Assembly: GCA_965214095.1 (NCBI GenBank)
Contig: OZ243938.1
Coordinates: forward strand, 1,408,001 to 1,472,000
Source: Candidatus Poribacteria bacterium
Lineage (GTDB): Bacteria > Poribacteria > WGA-4E > WGA-3G
Direction: 5' to 3'
DNA: 64,000 nucleotides
The notes under the pieces are model-generated. The model searched no databases, was not told the origin of the DNA, and worked only from the letters and a program-made list of their open reading frames with translations. Each line of letters starts with the position of its first letter. Positions within the stretch are counted from its first letter, which is position 1. The translations under genes and the position numbers were made by a program. Below are positions 1 to 9,887 of the stretch, piece by piece.

Positions 1-2
1 TC

Positions 3-410
3 GGAACAGATGAGGATGATGTACAACCACTCATAGAAGGTGTTCGAGACAACGGAATAATCATGTGGGGTATAGGAGACAGATGTACTCGACCTGCGCA
101 ACTCGGAGCAAAAGGTCATACTTCTGGAATAGCAGTTGCTTATGCACGCGCATCGGATGAAATTAACAACGCGCAACGCCGTGCAGATTATGAAACTTCA
201 GCACGCATTGAAGCAGACATTGCACCACTCGAAGAGATAAGGTTTTGGAATGGACGAGTCTACAATTATTCTGCTGTTGTTGAAACTATGATTCAAAGTG
301 GATTTGAGGACATAGAAGCGGGTACAGGTGGACCATTCAACCCCCGTGTTCCCCAAGAAATACAAGAACAGCTACGCGGCATTACGAATGATTTGAAACG
401 TTACCATTAA
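3..410 (+). CDS. 5'-truncated CDS, possibly the C-terminus of a dihydrodipicolinate synthase-like TIM barrel
   Basis: The frame is open from the window edge into the 63..410 ORF. Family call rests on weak resemblance only. Confidence 0.35.
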   Translation, partial: GTDEDDVQPLIEGVRDNGIIMWGIGDRCTRPAQLGAKGHTSGIAVAYARASDEINNAQRRADYETSARIEADIAPLEEIRFWNGRVYNYSAVVETMIQSGFEDIEAGTGGPFNPRVPQEIQEQLRGITNDLKRYH

Positions 411-489
411 TCTAAAAAGGTCAAACATTTTAATCGCTCCTATCCTGTGATACATTGTCTAACATCCACTTCCAACAAGAAATACACCC

Positions 490-2196
490 ATGTCTTTTGA
501 TACTTTAACCCTACATCATATAACCCACGAATTGTCTCAAACGCTTATTGGCGGTGCAATCCGACACATTGAACAAGCAAATCCCACCACATTTAACTTC
601 AAGATATCAAAGGACACACAAATCTACTGGTTCACGATATCCGCACATTCTGTGCATGCCCGCGCACATCTGATTAACAAACCTCCACCCGGACAAAAGC
701 AATCCTATTTTGCCGAATTTCTGTCTACACATCTGAAACACGGTAACATCATTGACATAGAACAACTTGGATGGGACAGAATATTGAAAATCACTGTTCA
801 ACCCATTACAGATGAACCTATACAACCACCACCTAAGGCAATCATTGCAGAATTTATGGGGAAACATAGCAATATCATTCTTGTTGATTCTACAGATGAT
901 AGAATACTGGAATGCCTGAAACATATTGATGAAACAATGAGCCGTTTCCGTGAAGTTCTGCCAGGAGACAATTATGTATTGCCCCCACAACAAGAGAAAA
1001 TAGATCCATTGACAATAGACAAAGCCACTTTCTCAGAACTTTTCTCACCCCCTGACGTAACATGGAAATCATTATTTAGTCAAATTGATGGATTAAGTCC
1101 CATACTTGCCAAGGAAATCATCGCACGTGCAGAGAAAACAGATCTATGGGATACATTCCAACAAGTTATAACCTATTTCAACCCAAATGATGGCACACCA
1201 AATCTATTGACAGAAGGAGATAATCCTTTAGCAGCCTATCCACTCAAATTACAACAATACCCGAATGCCACATCTCAACCTTATGAAACAATGAGTGACT
1301 CCCTCACAGCCTACTATGACGCTATCACAGAGAGAGAGACAGTTGCATCTGAAATACAAACGCTCACCCAAGCATTAGAAAAACAAAAGAGCATGTTAGG
1401 TAGAAAAGAAAAAGCATTACAGAGAGATTTAGAAAATGCTGAGAAATCGGAAGACTACAAAATCCAAGGAGAACTGCTGCTTGCTAACCTTCATAAAATC
1501 AGACGTGGACAAACACAGGTGGATATCCAAAACTACTATAGTCCAAATCTTGAAACTCTCACAATTAAACTAAATCCTGAGCAATCACCTTCGGATAATG
1601 CACAGTCTTATTTCAAGAAATATACCAAAGCAAAACGAGGGTATTCTCAGATACAACAACGGCTCGCTGAACTTGAGGCAGAGCAGAAGGTCATGGGGCG
1701 TTATAAAAATAAGGTAGCATCAGCAAATACACTCGAATCCTTACAACGACTTCATTCAGAATTCTTAGAAAACGGTTATATCAAAACACAAAAGCATAAG
1801 AAACAACAACAAACAAGTGATGGTCCCTATCGTAAATATATTTCAAAAAACGGTTTTCATATCTATGTTGGTAGAAACAGTCAATCCAACGATCTACTCT
1901 TACGAGAGATAGCGAAACCACGGGATATGTGGCTGCATGCAAAACAGATCCATGGGTCGCATGTCATCATCCGCAATCCAGAGAATCGACCAGACATCCC
2001 TATGCCAACACTCCTTCAAGCAGCGCAGCTTGCCGCATTTTACAGTAAAGCACATCACTCCAGTTATGTCCCTGTAGACTATACATGGGCAAGATATGTT
2101 GTAAAAAGAAAGGGTAATGTCGCAGGTTACGTCCACTATACACACGAGAAAACCTTGTATGTTGAGCCAGCAGTCCCTGAAACAAAGAACAAATGA
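490..2196 (+). CDS. rqcH: Rqc2/RqcH (NFACT, FbpA-like) ribosome quality control protein
   Basis: MSFD N-terminus, EFMGKHSNIIL, coiled coil, and C-terminal NFACT-R motifs VGRNSQSND, WLHAKQIHGSHV and VDYT. Confidence 0.9.
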   Translation: MSFDTLTLHHITHELSQTLIGGAIRHIEQANPTTFNFKISKDTQIYWFTISAHSVHARAHLINKPPPGQKQSYFAEFLSTHLKHGNIIDIEQLGWDRILKITVQPITDEPIQPPPKAIIAEFMGKHSNIILVDSTDDRILECLKHIDETMSRFREVLPGDNYVLPPQQEKIDPLTIDKATFSELFSPPDVTWKSLFSQIDGLSPILAKEIIARAEKTDLWDTFQQVITYFNPNDGTPNLLTEGDNPLAAYPLKLQQYPNATSQPYETMSDSLTAYYDAITERETVASEIQTLTQALEKQKSMLGRKEKALQRDLENAEKSEDYKIQGELLLANLHKIRRGQTQVDIQNYYSPNLETLTIKLNPEQSPSDNAQSYFKKYTKAKRGYSQIQQRLAELEAEQKVMGRYKNKVASANTLESLQRLHSEFLENGYIKTQKHKKQQQTSDGPYRKYISKNGFHIYVGRNSQSNDLLLREIAKPRDMWLHAKQIHGSHVIIRNPENRPDIPMPTLLQAAQLAAFYSKAHHSSYVPVDYTWARYVVKRKGNVAGYVHYTHEKTLYVEPAVPETKNK

Positions 2197-2359
2197 ACCG
2201 CATAATTGTTATCAAAGCTACTATATGAAATAGTTCAATGTTCTTCATTTTGTAATGCTATTCTATATTTACATACAAATTAAAATCCGAAAAAAATTGC
2301 ATTATTTTCGCTAAACTGTTAGACTCTTACCACAAATCTAAATTGTGAGGAAACAAATT

Positions 2360-3088
2360 ATGAAATTAGGTAAGTTCTTTGTAAGAATAGTCGTATTGTC
2401 TGCTATTACAGTTTTTTCTATCGGTCCATCTTATGCCTTAGAGGAATTTGTTCCAATTGACATTGAACCCTATTCAAATACAAAGTTAGTAGGACACGAA
2501 TGGTGGACACTGAATGCAGGAGACAATACATATTCACTGCTACCGATAGGTGAAGTTGGAGAGTTTGAAGGTCCTGACAAAAAAGTGGAATTCCAGATAA
2601 TTGATGGGGGTATCGTTCTCTTTGGCACAAATGCTGATAAATGGCCCAAAGCAGTCAATGATATTGCCGTTGAGGGTGTGGCAAAATCAATCTATTTCTT
2701 CCACGCAACGGGTTGGTCAGCAGCAGGACAACCAAGTTACAAGTTCGTAATGAATTACAAAGGTGGAACACAAGAAACGCTGGAGATGCAGACAAATATC
2801 AATTCCCATGATTGGTGTCATATAGAAAAGAATTTTGAAGACAAAAATTCTGTATGGGGTTGGACAGCAAACGAGAAACCTGCATGCAACAAAGCGGGAT
2901 TGATTACAACAAAATGGGAGAATCCGCATCCAAACACAGAGATAGTTTCAATAGATGCAGTCTCGTTAGAATTAGGTGCAGTACCTATTATCGTTGCGAT
3001 CTCTTTAGGGGACGGTTCACTTGATGTCCATCCGATTCAAAAAATGACCATAACCTGGGGTAGATTGAAAAATTCATTAGGTAATTAG
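2360..3088 (+). CDS. Secreted beta-sandwich protein with C-terminal KxxxTWGxLK tail
   Basis: N-terminal signal peptide; WENPHP motif; ends VHPIQKMTITWGRLK. Confidence 0.7.
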   Translation: MKLGKFFVRIVVLSAITVFSIGPSYALEEFVPIDIEPYSNTKLVGHEWWTLNAGDNTYSLLPIGEVGEFEGPDKKVEFQIIDGGIVLFGTNADKWPKAVNDIAVEGVAKSIYFFHATGWSAAGQPSYKFVMNYKGGTQETLEMQTNINSHDWCHIEKNFEDKNSVWGWTANEKPACNKAGLITTKWENPHPNTEIVSIDAVSLELGAVPIIVAISLGDGSLDVHPIQKMTITWGRLKNSLGN

Positions 3089-3169
3089 TTCATAACCTAT
3101 TAGCAAACGATAAATACACTAACTTAGCGTATGTAGTTTTCTTTTAAAACATATCGTGACCTATTGTAT

Positions 3170-3195
3170 GGCGGGGTCTTTCTTCCCCGCCTTTG
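3170..3195 (+). terminator. Probable intrinsic terminator
   Basis: GGCGGGG/CCCCGCC stem followed by TTTG. Confidence 0.5.
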
Positions 3196-3254
3196 TCTGT
3201 ACAATAATCTTCTTGAAATAAAGTTTATGATGAGGTCTCCTAATCACGAAAAAG

Positions 3255-3283
3255 TTGACTTTACCTAAAGTGCATGCTATAAT
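3255..3283 (+). promoter_or_regulatory. Sigma70-type promoter of groEL
   Basis: TTGACT-17 nt-TATAAT with an extended -10 TG. Confidence 0.75.
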
Positions 3284-3343
3284 TTTATATCTCAAAGAAC
3301 TATGATTACTACATATTTTAACATTATTTGAGGAGGCCTTTTT

Positions 3344-4978
3344 ATGCCTGCAAAACAAATCATCTTTGACGAAGGTGCCAGAGCTGCACTCAAACGGGGG
3401 GCAGATACTCTGGCAAATGCAGTAAAAGTGACACTTGGTCCACGGGGACGCAATGTCGTCATTCAAAAATCTTTTGGTGCACCATTAGTAACATGTGATG
3501 GAGTCACAGTCGCAAAAGAAATAGAACTGCCAGATCCCTATGAGAATATGGGGGCACAATTGCTGGAATCTATCGCCACAAAAACTAACGATATTGCCGG
3601 AGATGGAACAACTACCGCAACTATATTAGGACAAGAAATCCTTCACGAAGGACTAAAAAACGTTACAGCAGGTGCTGACCCAATGCAGCTGAAAATTGGA
3701 ATCGACAAAGCTGTAGATACGGCAGTTACTGCAATAACATCACAAAGTCGTGCTGTCGATACACATGAAGATATCGTTCATGTCGCCTCAATTGCAGCAA
3801 ATGATCCAGCGAATGATAGCAATATCGGAAACATCATTGCTGAAGCAATTGAGAAAGTAGGGAATGATGGAGCAATTACAATTGAGGAAGGAAAAACTGC
3901 GGAGACTGATGTGGACATCGTTGAAGGAATGCAGTTTGATAGAGGATTCCTATCACCACATTTTGTTACAGACGAAAATGAACAAGTTGTTGAATTAGAA
4001 AATCCGTATATTCTTATCAATGCAGATAAAATTACAACGGTTGCTGATCTAGTACCGATTATGGAAAAAGTTATGCAACTTGGTCGTCCCTTGCTAATCA
4101 TTGCTGAGGATGTGGAAGGTGAAGCACTTTCAACATTGGTCGTTAACAAACTACGTGGCACACTACAAGTTGCTGCAGTAAAAGCTCCTGGATTCGGGGA
4201 CAAACGCAAGGAAATGCTTGAAGATTTAGCCGTGTTAACTGCAGGACAAGTTATCTCAGAAGATACAGGAATACGTTTGGAGAACATCGTTGTCGGAATG
4301 TTGGGAACCGCAAGACGTGTTTCAATTGATAAAGAGAACACCACTATAGTCGGAGGGTATGGAGCAAGGGAGAGTGTTGAAGGCAGAGTTGCTCAGATAC
4401 GCACACAAATTGAAGATACAACATCCGAATATGACCGGGAAAAACTTGAAGAAAGACTCGCAAAACTCGCTGGTGGTGTCGCTGTTGTCAATGTCGGGGC
4501 TGCAACTGAAGTTGAAATGAAAGAGAAAAAAGCAAGATGTGAAGACGCTCTCGCAGCAACACGGGCTGCTATTGAAGAAGGTATCGTACCTGGAGGTGGC
4601 ACAGCACTCTTACGCGCAATTTCAGATGTTGATGCCCTTGAACTTCAAGGTGACCAGAATACCGGAAAGAAGATCGTTCTTGAGGCATTACGGGCTCCTA
4701 TCCGTGCTATCGCTGAGAATGCTGGAATGGAAGGTGCAGTCGTATTGGCTAAGGTTGAAAGCGGAGATACTAACTACGGATTCAATGCAGCAACTGAACA
4801 ATATGGAGATATGCTTGAATACGGGGTAATTGATCCAACAAAAGTTGTCAGGTCTGCATTACAAAATGCAAGTAGCATCGCAGGGTTGCTACTAACTACT
4901 GAAACATTGATCACTGAGATTGAAGAACCGCCAGACTTTTCTGATATGGGTGATCCACACGACGATTATATGCATTAA
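3344..4978 (+). CDS. groEL: Chaperonin GroEL
   Basis: [26 protein letters not shown] and EEGIVPGGG motifs; GAGGAGG RBS. Confidence 0.97.
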   Translation: MPAKQIIFDEGARAALKRGADTLANAVKVTLGPRGRNVVIQKSFGAPLVTCDGVTVAKEIELPDPYENMGAQLLESIATKTNDIAGDGTTTATILGQEILHEGLKNVTAGADPMQLKIGIDKAVDTAVTAITSQSRAVDTHEDIVHVASIAANDPANDSNIGNIIAEAIEKVGNDGAITIEEGKTAETDVDIVEGMQFDRGFLSPHFVTDENEQVVELENPYILINADKITTVADLVPIMEKVMQLGRPLLIIAEDVEGEALSTLVVNKLRGTLQVAAVKAPGFGDKRKEMLEDLAVLTAGQVISEDTGIRLENIVVGMLGTARRVSIDKENTTIVGGYGARESVEGRVAQIRTQIEDTTSEYDREKLEERLAKLAGGVAVVNVGAATEVEMKEKKARCEDALAATRAAIEEGIVPGGGTALLRAISDVDALELQGDQNTGKKIVLEALRAPIRAIAENAGMEGAVVLAKVESGDTNYGFNAATEQYGDMLEYGVIDPTKVVRSALQNASSIAGLLLTTETLITEIEEPPDFSDMGDPHDDYMH

Positions 4979-5047
4979 TATTGATACAGAATTGTGTAAC
5001 TCTGTTTCAATATTATGAGACAAATTTAGAAACACAATATTCAGTTC

Positions 5048-5085
5048 TATGTAAGCGCGTGTCTAATATGATGCGCGCTTACATA
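5048..5085. terminator. Hairpin between convergent genes
   Basis: 12-bp perfect stem TATGTAAGCGCG/CGCGCTTACATA. Confidence 0.6.
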
Positions 5086-5105
5086 CTTACTCATCTTACC
5101 TAACA

Positions 5106-5573
5106 CTAAGCACGGAACCGAGCAACCATTCCACTATCCCAATCACAATCTAAACAGAACATCTCGGATGGACCTAAATACTGGATTTTCTTACTGCCAC
5201 AGGTAGGACATTCTGTGACTTTATTCACCGATTCCAAACTTTCAGATTGCTGATATATGTTCAGATGGTAGACCTTCATCACACCGGAATACCGATGTCC
5301 CAATGGACACCGAATCTGTTTCGTTTCTTCACTCTCAAATCGTTCAATGAGTTCACGGAGAAACTTTAATGGATGATGGCAAATTGGGCATGGATTCGGC
5401 ACCAATTCCTTCACCACGATTATATCTGTATTCTCTGACCGAACAGTGACCGGTAATGAAAGTTGACTCTCAAGCCTCAAAGACTCGCCATCTTGTGACT
5501 CGGATGATTCAAGACGTTCTGTAACAACTTTAGCATAACTTTCAGGACTCAGTACTACAGTTGTAGGCACCAT
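5106..5573 (-). CDS. Hypothetical zinc-ribbon protein
   Basis: CPICHH...CPLGH and CPTCGS...FCLDCDWD motifs. Confidence 0.65.
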   Translation of the reverse strand: MVPTTVVLSPESYAKVVTERLESSESQDGESLRLESQLSLPVTVRSENTDIIVVKELVPNPCPICHHPLKFLRELIERFESEETKQIRCPLGHRYSGVMKVYHLNIYQQSESLESVNKVTECPTCGSKKIQYLGPSEMFCLDCDWDSGMVARFRA

Positions 5574-5708
5574 GGTTCCACCTTTTAAACTTGAGATTAA
5601 TCTGTAGATTCGTTCTAAAATGGTCAGGTACCTCCTAAATCAACACTGTATTAACTCACCTGAGTACAAAGTCATGCTATATTGTATTGACTTTATACAA
5701 CACCTTCT

Positions 5709-6059
5709 TTAATTTGAAGATTCTGCTGATAGCAACTGTTCACGAGTCCGCGCAAGTGAAGATGATCCGCGCTGTGTACGATACGCATCTTCAGTCTGTT
5801 TCCGTATGATAAGAAGATCGTCACCATCACGTTCAATTAAGTCGCCAGTAAGTAAAGCAATATCAAATTTTCTCATGCTTGTCAAAAAGTTAATAGTAAC
5901 TCTTCCTGCTCCCTCAAGATGAATCTTCCAACCATTTTCTGTCTTAACTCGGTTGTAACGTTGTGGAATCTCCAAGGATTGCATCTGCTGGACATTAATG
6001 AGAGTAACACTTTCTCCAGTGTTATTAGTTGATTCTTCCATCGTATTTTCGTCTGCCAT
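5709..6059 (-). CDS. Hypothetical protein
   Basis: 116-aa ORF with an AAGGAAG RBS. Confidence 0.6.
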   Translation of the reverse strand: MADENTMEESTNNTGESVTLINVQQMQSLEIPQRYNRVKTENGWKIHLEGAGRVTINFLTSMRKFDIALLTGDLIERDGDDLLIIRKQTEDAYRTQRGSSSLARTREQLLSAESSN

Positions 6060-6225
6060 TATAGTTTCACTTCCTTAATTTATAGACTTTACACAATTTT
6101 ATCTAATACAACCCCACTTTGTCAACCTATTTTATATATCTACTTAAACCATAAACTGGTTGCAATATATCTAATGATATTGTAAAATACCCACAAGTTA
6201 TACATATATCAGGAGAACATTCCAA

Positions 6226-7176
6226 ATGCTAAAAGCTGGATTTATTGGTGCTGGTGGACGAAGTCAGGGTGCACACTACCCCAGTGTTAATCGTCTTGAA
6301 GATGATGTTGAAATGTCCGCTGCATGTGAACTTGATGAGAATAAGTTAGCGCAAGTCACACAAAAATATGAGTTTCCACATACATTTACAGACCACCGTA
6401 AAATGCTTGATACGGTGGATTTAGACATCGTGTATTGTGTGATGAATGAAAAGTGGATTTTGCAGCCCGCGTTAGATTGTCTAAATGCAGGAAAACACCT
6501 ATTCATAGAAAAACCACCCGGTGCAACAAGTGATGAAACACAACAATTACTGGATGCTGCTGTGGCTAACGATGTCTACTGTATGGTCGGATTCCAACGA
6601 AGATTTGCAGCAGTAACACGCGAAGCCATGCGACGTGTCGCCGAAAAAGGACCAGTTTCATTAGCAGTCACAACATTTAATAAGCAGATGATCGGCGGCA
6701 ACAGAGAATTTACAACAACACTTTGGAACGATGTCTGTCACGTCGTTGATCTGCTCCGGTATATGGCAGGCGGTGAACCTGTTGAAGTTTCCGCACACCG
6801 AGACAAATTCGGGGCAGAACAACGCAACTTCTATACTGCCTTTGTCCGTTTTGATAACAACGTCACTGGTGTCGTCTTTGGAAATCGCGCTTCTGGTGGA
6901 CGCGTGCTACGTTCTGAATTACACGGTGTTGGTATTGGATGTTATATGAAAATTCCTGAAGAGATTGAAATATATGAGAACAATCAAAGAAATGTTATGG
7001 GTGGTTGGGAAGTTGATGGAGTAGACGAACGCGATGGTGCAAGTTATGAAGGTGTCCTCACAATGCATCAACATTTCGTAGACTGTGTCCGAAACAAAAA
7101 AGTGCCATTAACAGACCTTCGTGATGTCATTCATTCTATACATCTTGTTGATCAAATTGAGGGACCTCTGGAATAG
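6226..7176 (+). CDS. Gfo/Idh/MocA family oxidoreductase
   Basis: GFIGAGG Rossmann start, GKHLFIEKP, VGFQRRF. Confidence 0.9.
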   Translation: MLKAGFIGAGGRSQGAHYPSVNRLEDDVEMSAACELDENKLAQVTQKYEFPHTFTDHRKMLDTVDLDIVYCVMNEKWILQPALDCLNAGKHLFIEKPPGATSDETQQLLDAAVANDVYCMVGFQRRFAAVTREAMRRVAEKGPVSLAVTTFNKQMIGGNREFTTTLWNDVCHVVDLLRYMAGGEPVEVSAHRDKFGAEQRNFYTAFVRFDNNVTGVVFGNRASGGRVLRSELHGVGIGCYMKIPEEIEIYENNQRNVMGGWEVDGVDERDGASYEGVLTMHQHFVDCVRNKKVPLTDLRDVIHSIHLVDQIEGPLE

Positions 7177-7191
7177 AATTAATCAGGAGAA

Positions 7192-8061
7192 TTGATTATG
7201 CTTGATGACCGTCATCTTCAGCATCAAATTACTGATGATCAACTATGTGCATTGAATACTGATGGATATTTCATCGTGGAAGATGCACTGCCATTGGATC
7301 TCGTTGTAGAATTGGAAAAACGTATAGATGCAATCTATAAGGTTCATTTAGATGCTGAATATGATCCATATAGAAAAAGACAGATGACACCACACGACAA
7401 CTTCTTTTATCCTAATTTTCTTGGCAAAGACCAACTCTTTGTTAACGTTCTGGATTGGTATAAAACCTTCCCAAAGGTTTGGGGTATTTTGGGGTGGAAC
7501 ATCTATTCCTATCATAGTCATTTCATAATCACACCCCCACGACCGGAATCTCAACGCGGTAAAACTGCACCTCTCGGTTGGCATCAAGACAGTGGTCGTG
7601 TGAACATAGAAATAGAGAGTTCTCCTCGTCCCCGTCTATCAATCAAAATCGTCTACTGGCTTTCTGACTGTTCTGTAGGGGGACGAGGCAATTTCTATGT
7701 CATGCCGGGAAGTCATCTATGGGATACTTTAGATCGTCCCTCAGACGGTTCACTACCTGAAGGTGCGACTGCGGTTTGTTGTAAACCAGGTGATGCAGTC
7801 TTCTTTGATAGACGAATTTGGCATGCCCGTAGTGAAAACAACTCAGACATCACACGGAAAGGTCTGTTCTACGGATATGGATACCGTTGGTTGCGAAGCA
7901 AAGACGACATGACGATCCCATCCGATCTGTTCAATCAGAACGATCCAATACGTCAGCAACTCCTCGGTGGCGGCACGAATGCAAATGGTCATTTTTCACC
8001 GAAGGATACTGATGTACCGTTAAAGATCTGGCTTGAAGAAAAGGGTGTTATTTCAAAGTAA
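7192..8061 (+). CDS. Phytanoyl-CoA dioxygenase (PhyH) family Fe(II)/2OG oxygenase
   Basis: WHQD, PGSH and FFDRRIWH motifs. Confidence 0.88.
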   Translation: MIMLDDRHLQHQITDDQLCALNTDGYFIVEDALPLDLVVELEKRIDAIYKVHLDAEYDPYRKRQMTPHDNFFYPNFLGKDQLFVNVLDWYKTFPKVWGILGWNIYSYHSHFIITPPRPESQRGKTAPLGWHQDSGRVNIEIESSPRPRLSIKIVYWLSDCSVGGRGNFYVMPGSHLWDTLDRPSDGSLPEGATAVCCKPGDAVFFDRRIWHARSENNSDITRKGLFYGYGYRWLRSKDDMTIPSDLFNQNDPIRQQLLGGGTNANGHFSPKDTDVPLKIWLEEKGVISK

Positions 8062-8065
8062 AGGC

Positions 8066-8094
8066 TTGACATTTTGATTAATCAATGATATGGT
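8066..8094 (+). promoter_or_regulatory. Sigma70 promoter with a palindrome in the spacer
   Basis: TTGACA-17 nt-TATGGT; perfect palindrome TTGATTAATCAA at 8074-8085. Confidence 0.6.
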
Positions 8095-8245
8095 TAAATA
8101 ACATCGTAGATGTAGGTGAACAACCATTCACTATTTACGGTGTTTATAAATTCTACATTGAACGTCCGAATAAACCTAATTGAACTTTTATTCAGGATGG
8201 GTTAGGAAACTACACCTACTCAGATTAGAATATTGAGGTATAGAA

Positions 8246-9265
8246 ATGTTTCAAAGAGTATCTTTTTACACTGCTGGCGTTGTACTACTTATAGTTTTAT
8301 TGTCAACCCCAGTAATTACAGCGGAGAATGAAGTGGAAAAACCGAAAGAACTTGAAGTGGGGATGATTGCCCCAAATTTTACACTAAAAGATGAGACCGA
8401 TACCGACCGAAATCTAAACGAATTCTTAGGTAAGAAAAATGTTGTACTTGCATTTTACCCGAAAGACTTTACAGGTGGATGAACAGCAGAACTTCAGTCG
8501 CTCCGGGATAAATTGAGCGACATAGAAAAAACCGAAACTGTACTGTTAGGAGTCAGTGTTGACACTGTCGATTCACATAAAAGGTTTGTGGACGAAAACA
8601 AGTTCGGATTTTCACTATTAGCTGATACGGAATTTGAGATTAGCAAACAATATAGCGGTATAATGGAAAGGTTCAACGCATCAAATCGTGTGACCTTCAT
8701 TATTGATAAAGCAGGATATATCCGTGCGATTGATAAAAAAGTCAATGTAAGAACGCATGGTGAAGATGTTGTTAAACAAATAAAGGAAGCAATACCGAAA
8801 ATAGAAGTTGGTCAACTTGCACCCGAATTCTTCACAGAGGATGGAGAAGGGAAAATCCATCAACTCAGTAAACTACGTGAAAAAAAGAATGTTGTCCTTG
8901 CATTTTATCCGCGAGATTTTGGACGTGGCTGAACGGCTGAAGTTTGCTCGCTCCGTGATGAGTCGAGCGGTTTTGCTGAACACAATGTTCAAGTCTTCGG
9001 TATTACTCACAACGATCTTGAGTCCAGACAAAAGTTTGCAGAAGATAATAAATTGAACTTCCCGCTTTTGGTAGATACCCAGAAAAATCTTGCATTACTC
9101 TTTGGTGCTGCAAAGAAACCAGACGATGAACGTTTGAAACGGCTGACAATTATCATTGACAAAGAAGGTAAAATCGTCAAGATTGACAAAGAGGTTAACC
9201 CAAGCACACACGGTGCGGATTTAGTGAAATTCTTCAAAAATCCTGAAACACCACAGAACAATTGA
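8246..9265 (+). CDS. Exported tandem BCP/PrxQ-type peroxiredoxin, probable selenoprotein with two Sec (U79, U229), 339 aa
   Basis: ORFs 8246, 8513 and 9053 share one frame. TGA at 8480-8482 (FYPKDFTGG-U-TAELQSLRD) and at 8930-8932 (FYPRDFGRG-U-TAEVCSLRD) fall on the peroxidatic position. Signal peptide present. Confidence 0.88.
8497..8521 (+). promoter_or_regulatory. Candidate bacterial SECIS 1
   Basis: GTCGCTC/GAGCGAC 7-bp stem starting 14 nt after the UGA; loop begins CGGG. Confidence 0.6.
8946..8968 (+). promoter_or_regulatory. Candidate bacterial SECIS 2
   Basis: GCTCG-CTC-[CGTGAT]-GAG-T-CGAGC stem with a bulged U, starting 13 nt after the UGA. Confidence 0.65.
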
Positions 9266-9876
9266 TGAAGCTAAAGACATTAACGGAAATTCGCAATAAT
9301 GTTGCACTCGGGACATCCATAGTTTTCAGTCCGTTTATAGTGCCAATTGTTACTGCTATCTTTGTCATTCTTAAGCATGCAGAAACGAGTAGAGAACTTT
9401 TGCAGTGGCTTGTAGTTATATCAATATTTGTCACTGTACTGCCAATATTTGTAATAATCTTGCTATATCGCTTCTCGAAGGTGAGTAATATACATTTGCA
9501 TGCGAAGGAAGAACGTCTCATTCCGCTCTGTTTCACTATGGTGAGTATGATAGTAGGGACGTACGTCTTATATAAAATTGGGGCGAATAAAAGTATAATA
9601 TGGGTGTGTCAGGCTTTCATTGTTAACAGTGTAGTTTTCTCAATAATCACGCCATTATGGAAAATAAGTTTCCACACAAGTGTTGCAACTGGATGCATTA
9701 TGGTTTTGACTTTATTGGTCAACTTAAATTTGGTTTGGTTATTTCTATTAATGCCATTGATCGCTTGGGCACGAGTATACCGGGAACGACATACTCCCCT
9801 TCAAACTGTCGCTGGGACCCTCTTAGCAATTGTGAATACAATGCTCTTTTTCATTGTTCTACCACCTACCGTGTAA
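9265..9876 (+). CDS. PAP2-like integral membrane protein
   Basis: Multiple TM helices; WKISFH and WARVYRERHT motifs; TGATG overlap with the upstream gene. Confidence 0.7.
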   Translation: MKLKTLTEIRNNVALGTSIVFSPFIVPIVTAIFVILKHAETSRELLQWLVVISIFVTVLPIFVIILLYRFSKVSNIHLHAKEERLIPLCFTMVSMIVGTYVLYKIGANKSIIWVCQAFIVNSVVFSIITPLWKISFHTSVATGCIMVLTLLVNLNLVWLFLLMPLIAWARVYRERHTPLQTVAGTLLAIVNTMLFFIVLPPTV

Positions 9877-9887
9877 AACAAAGTACA

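Noticed and set aside
3100-3135. Possible CIRCE upstream of groEL
   Set aside because: TTAGCA is present but the TTAGCACTC-N9-GAGTGCTAA inverted repeat is not.
8480-8932. Genome-wide UGA reassignment or a double-nonsense pseudogene
   Set aside because: TGA ends many normal genes here (rqcH, ruvB, queA). Both in-frame TGAs hit the catalytic position and have downstream hairpins.
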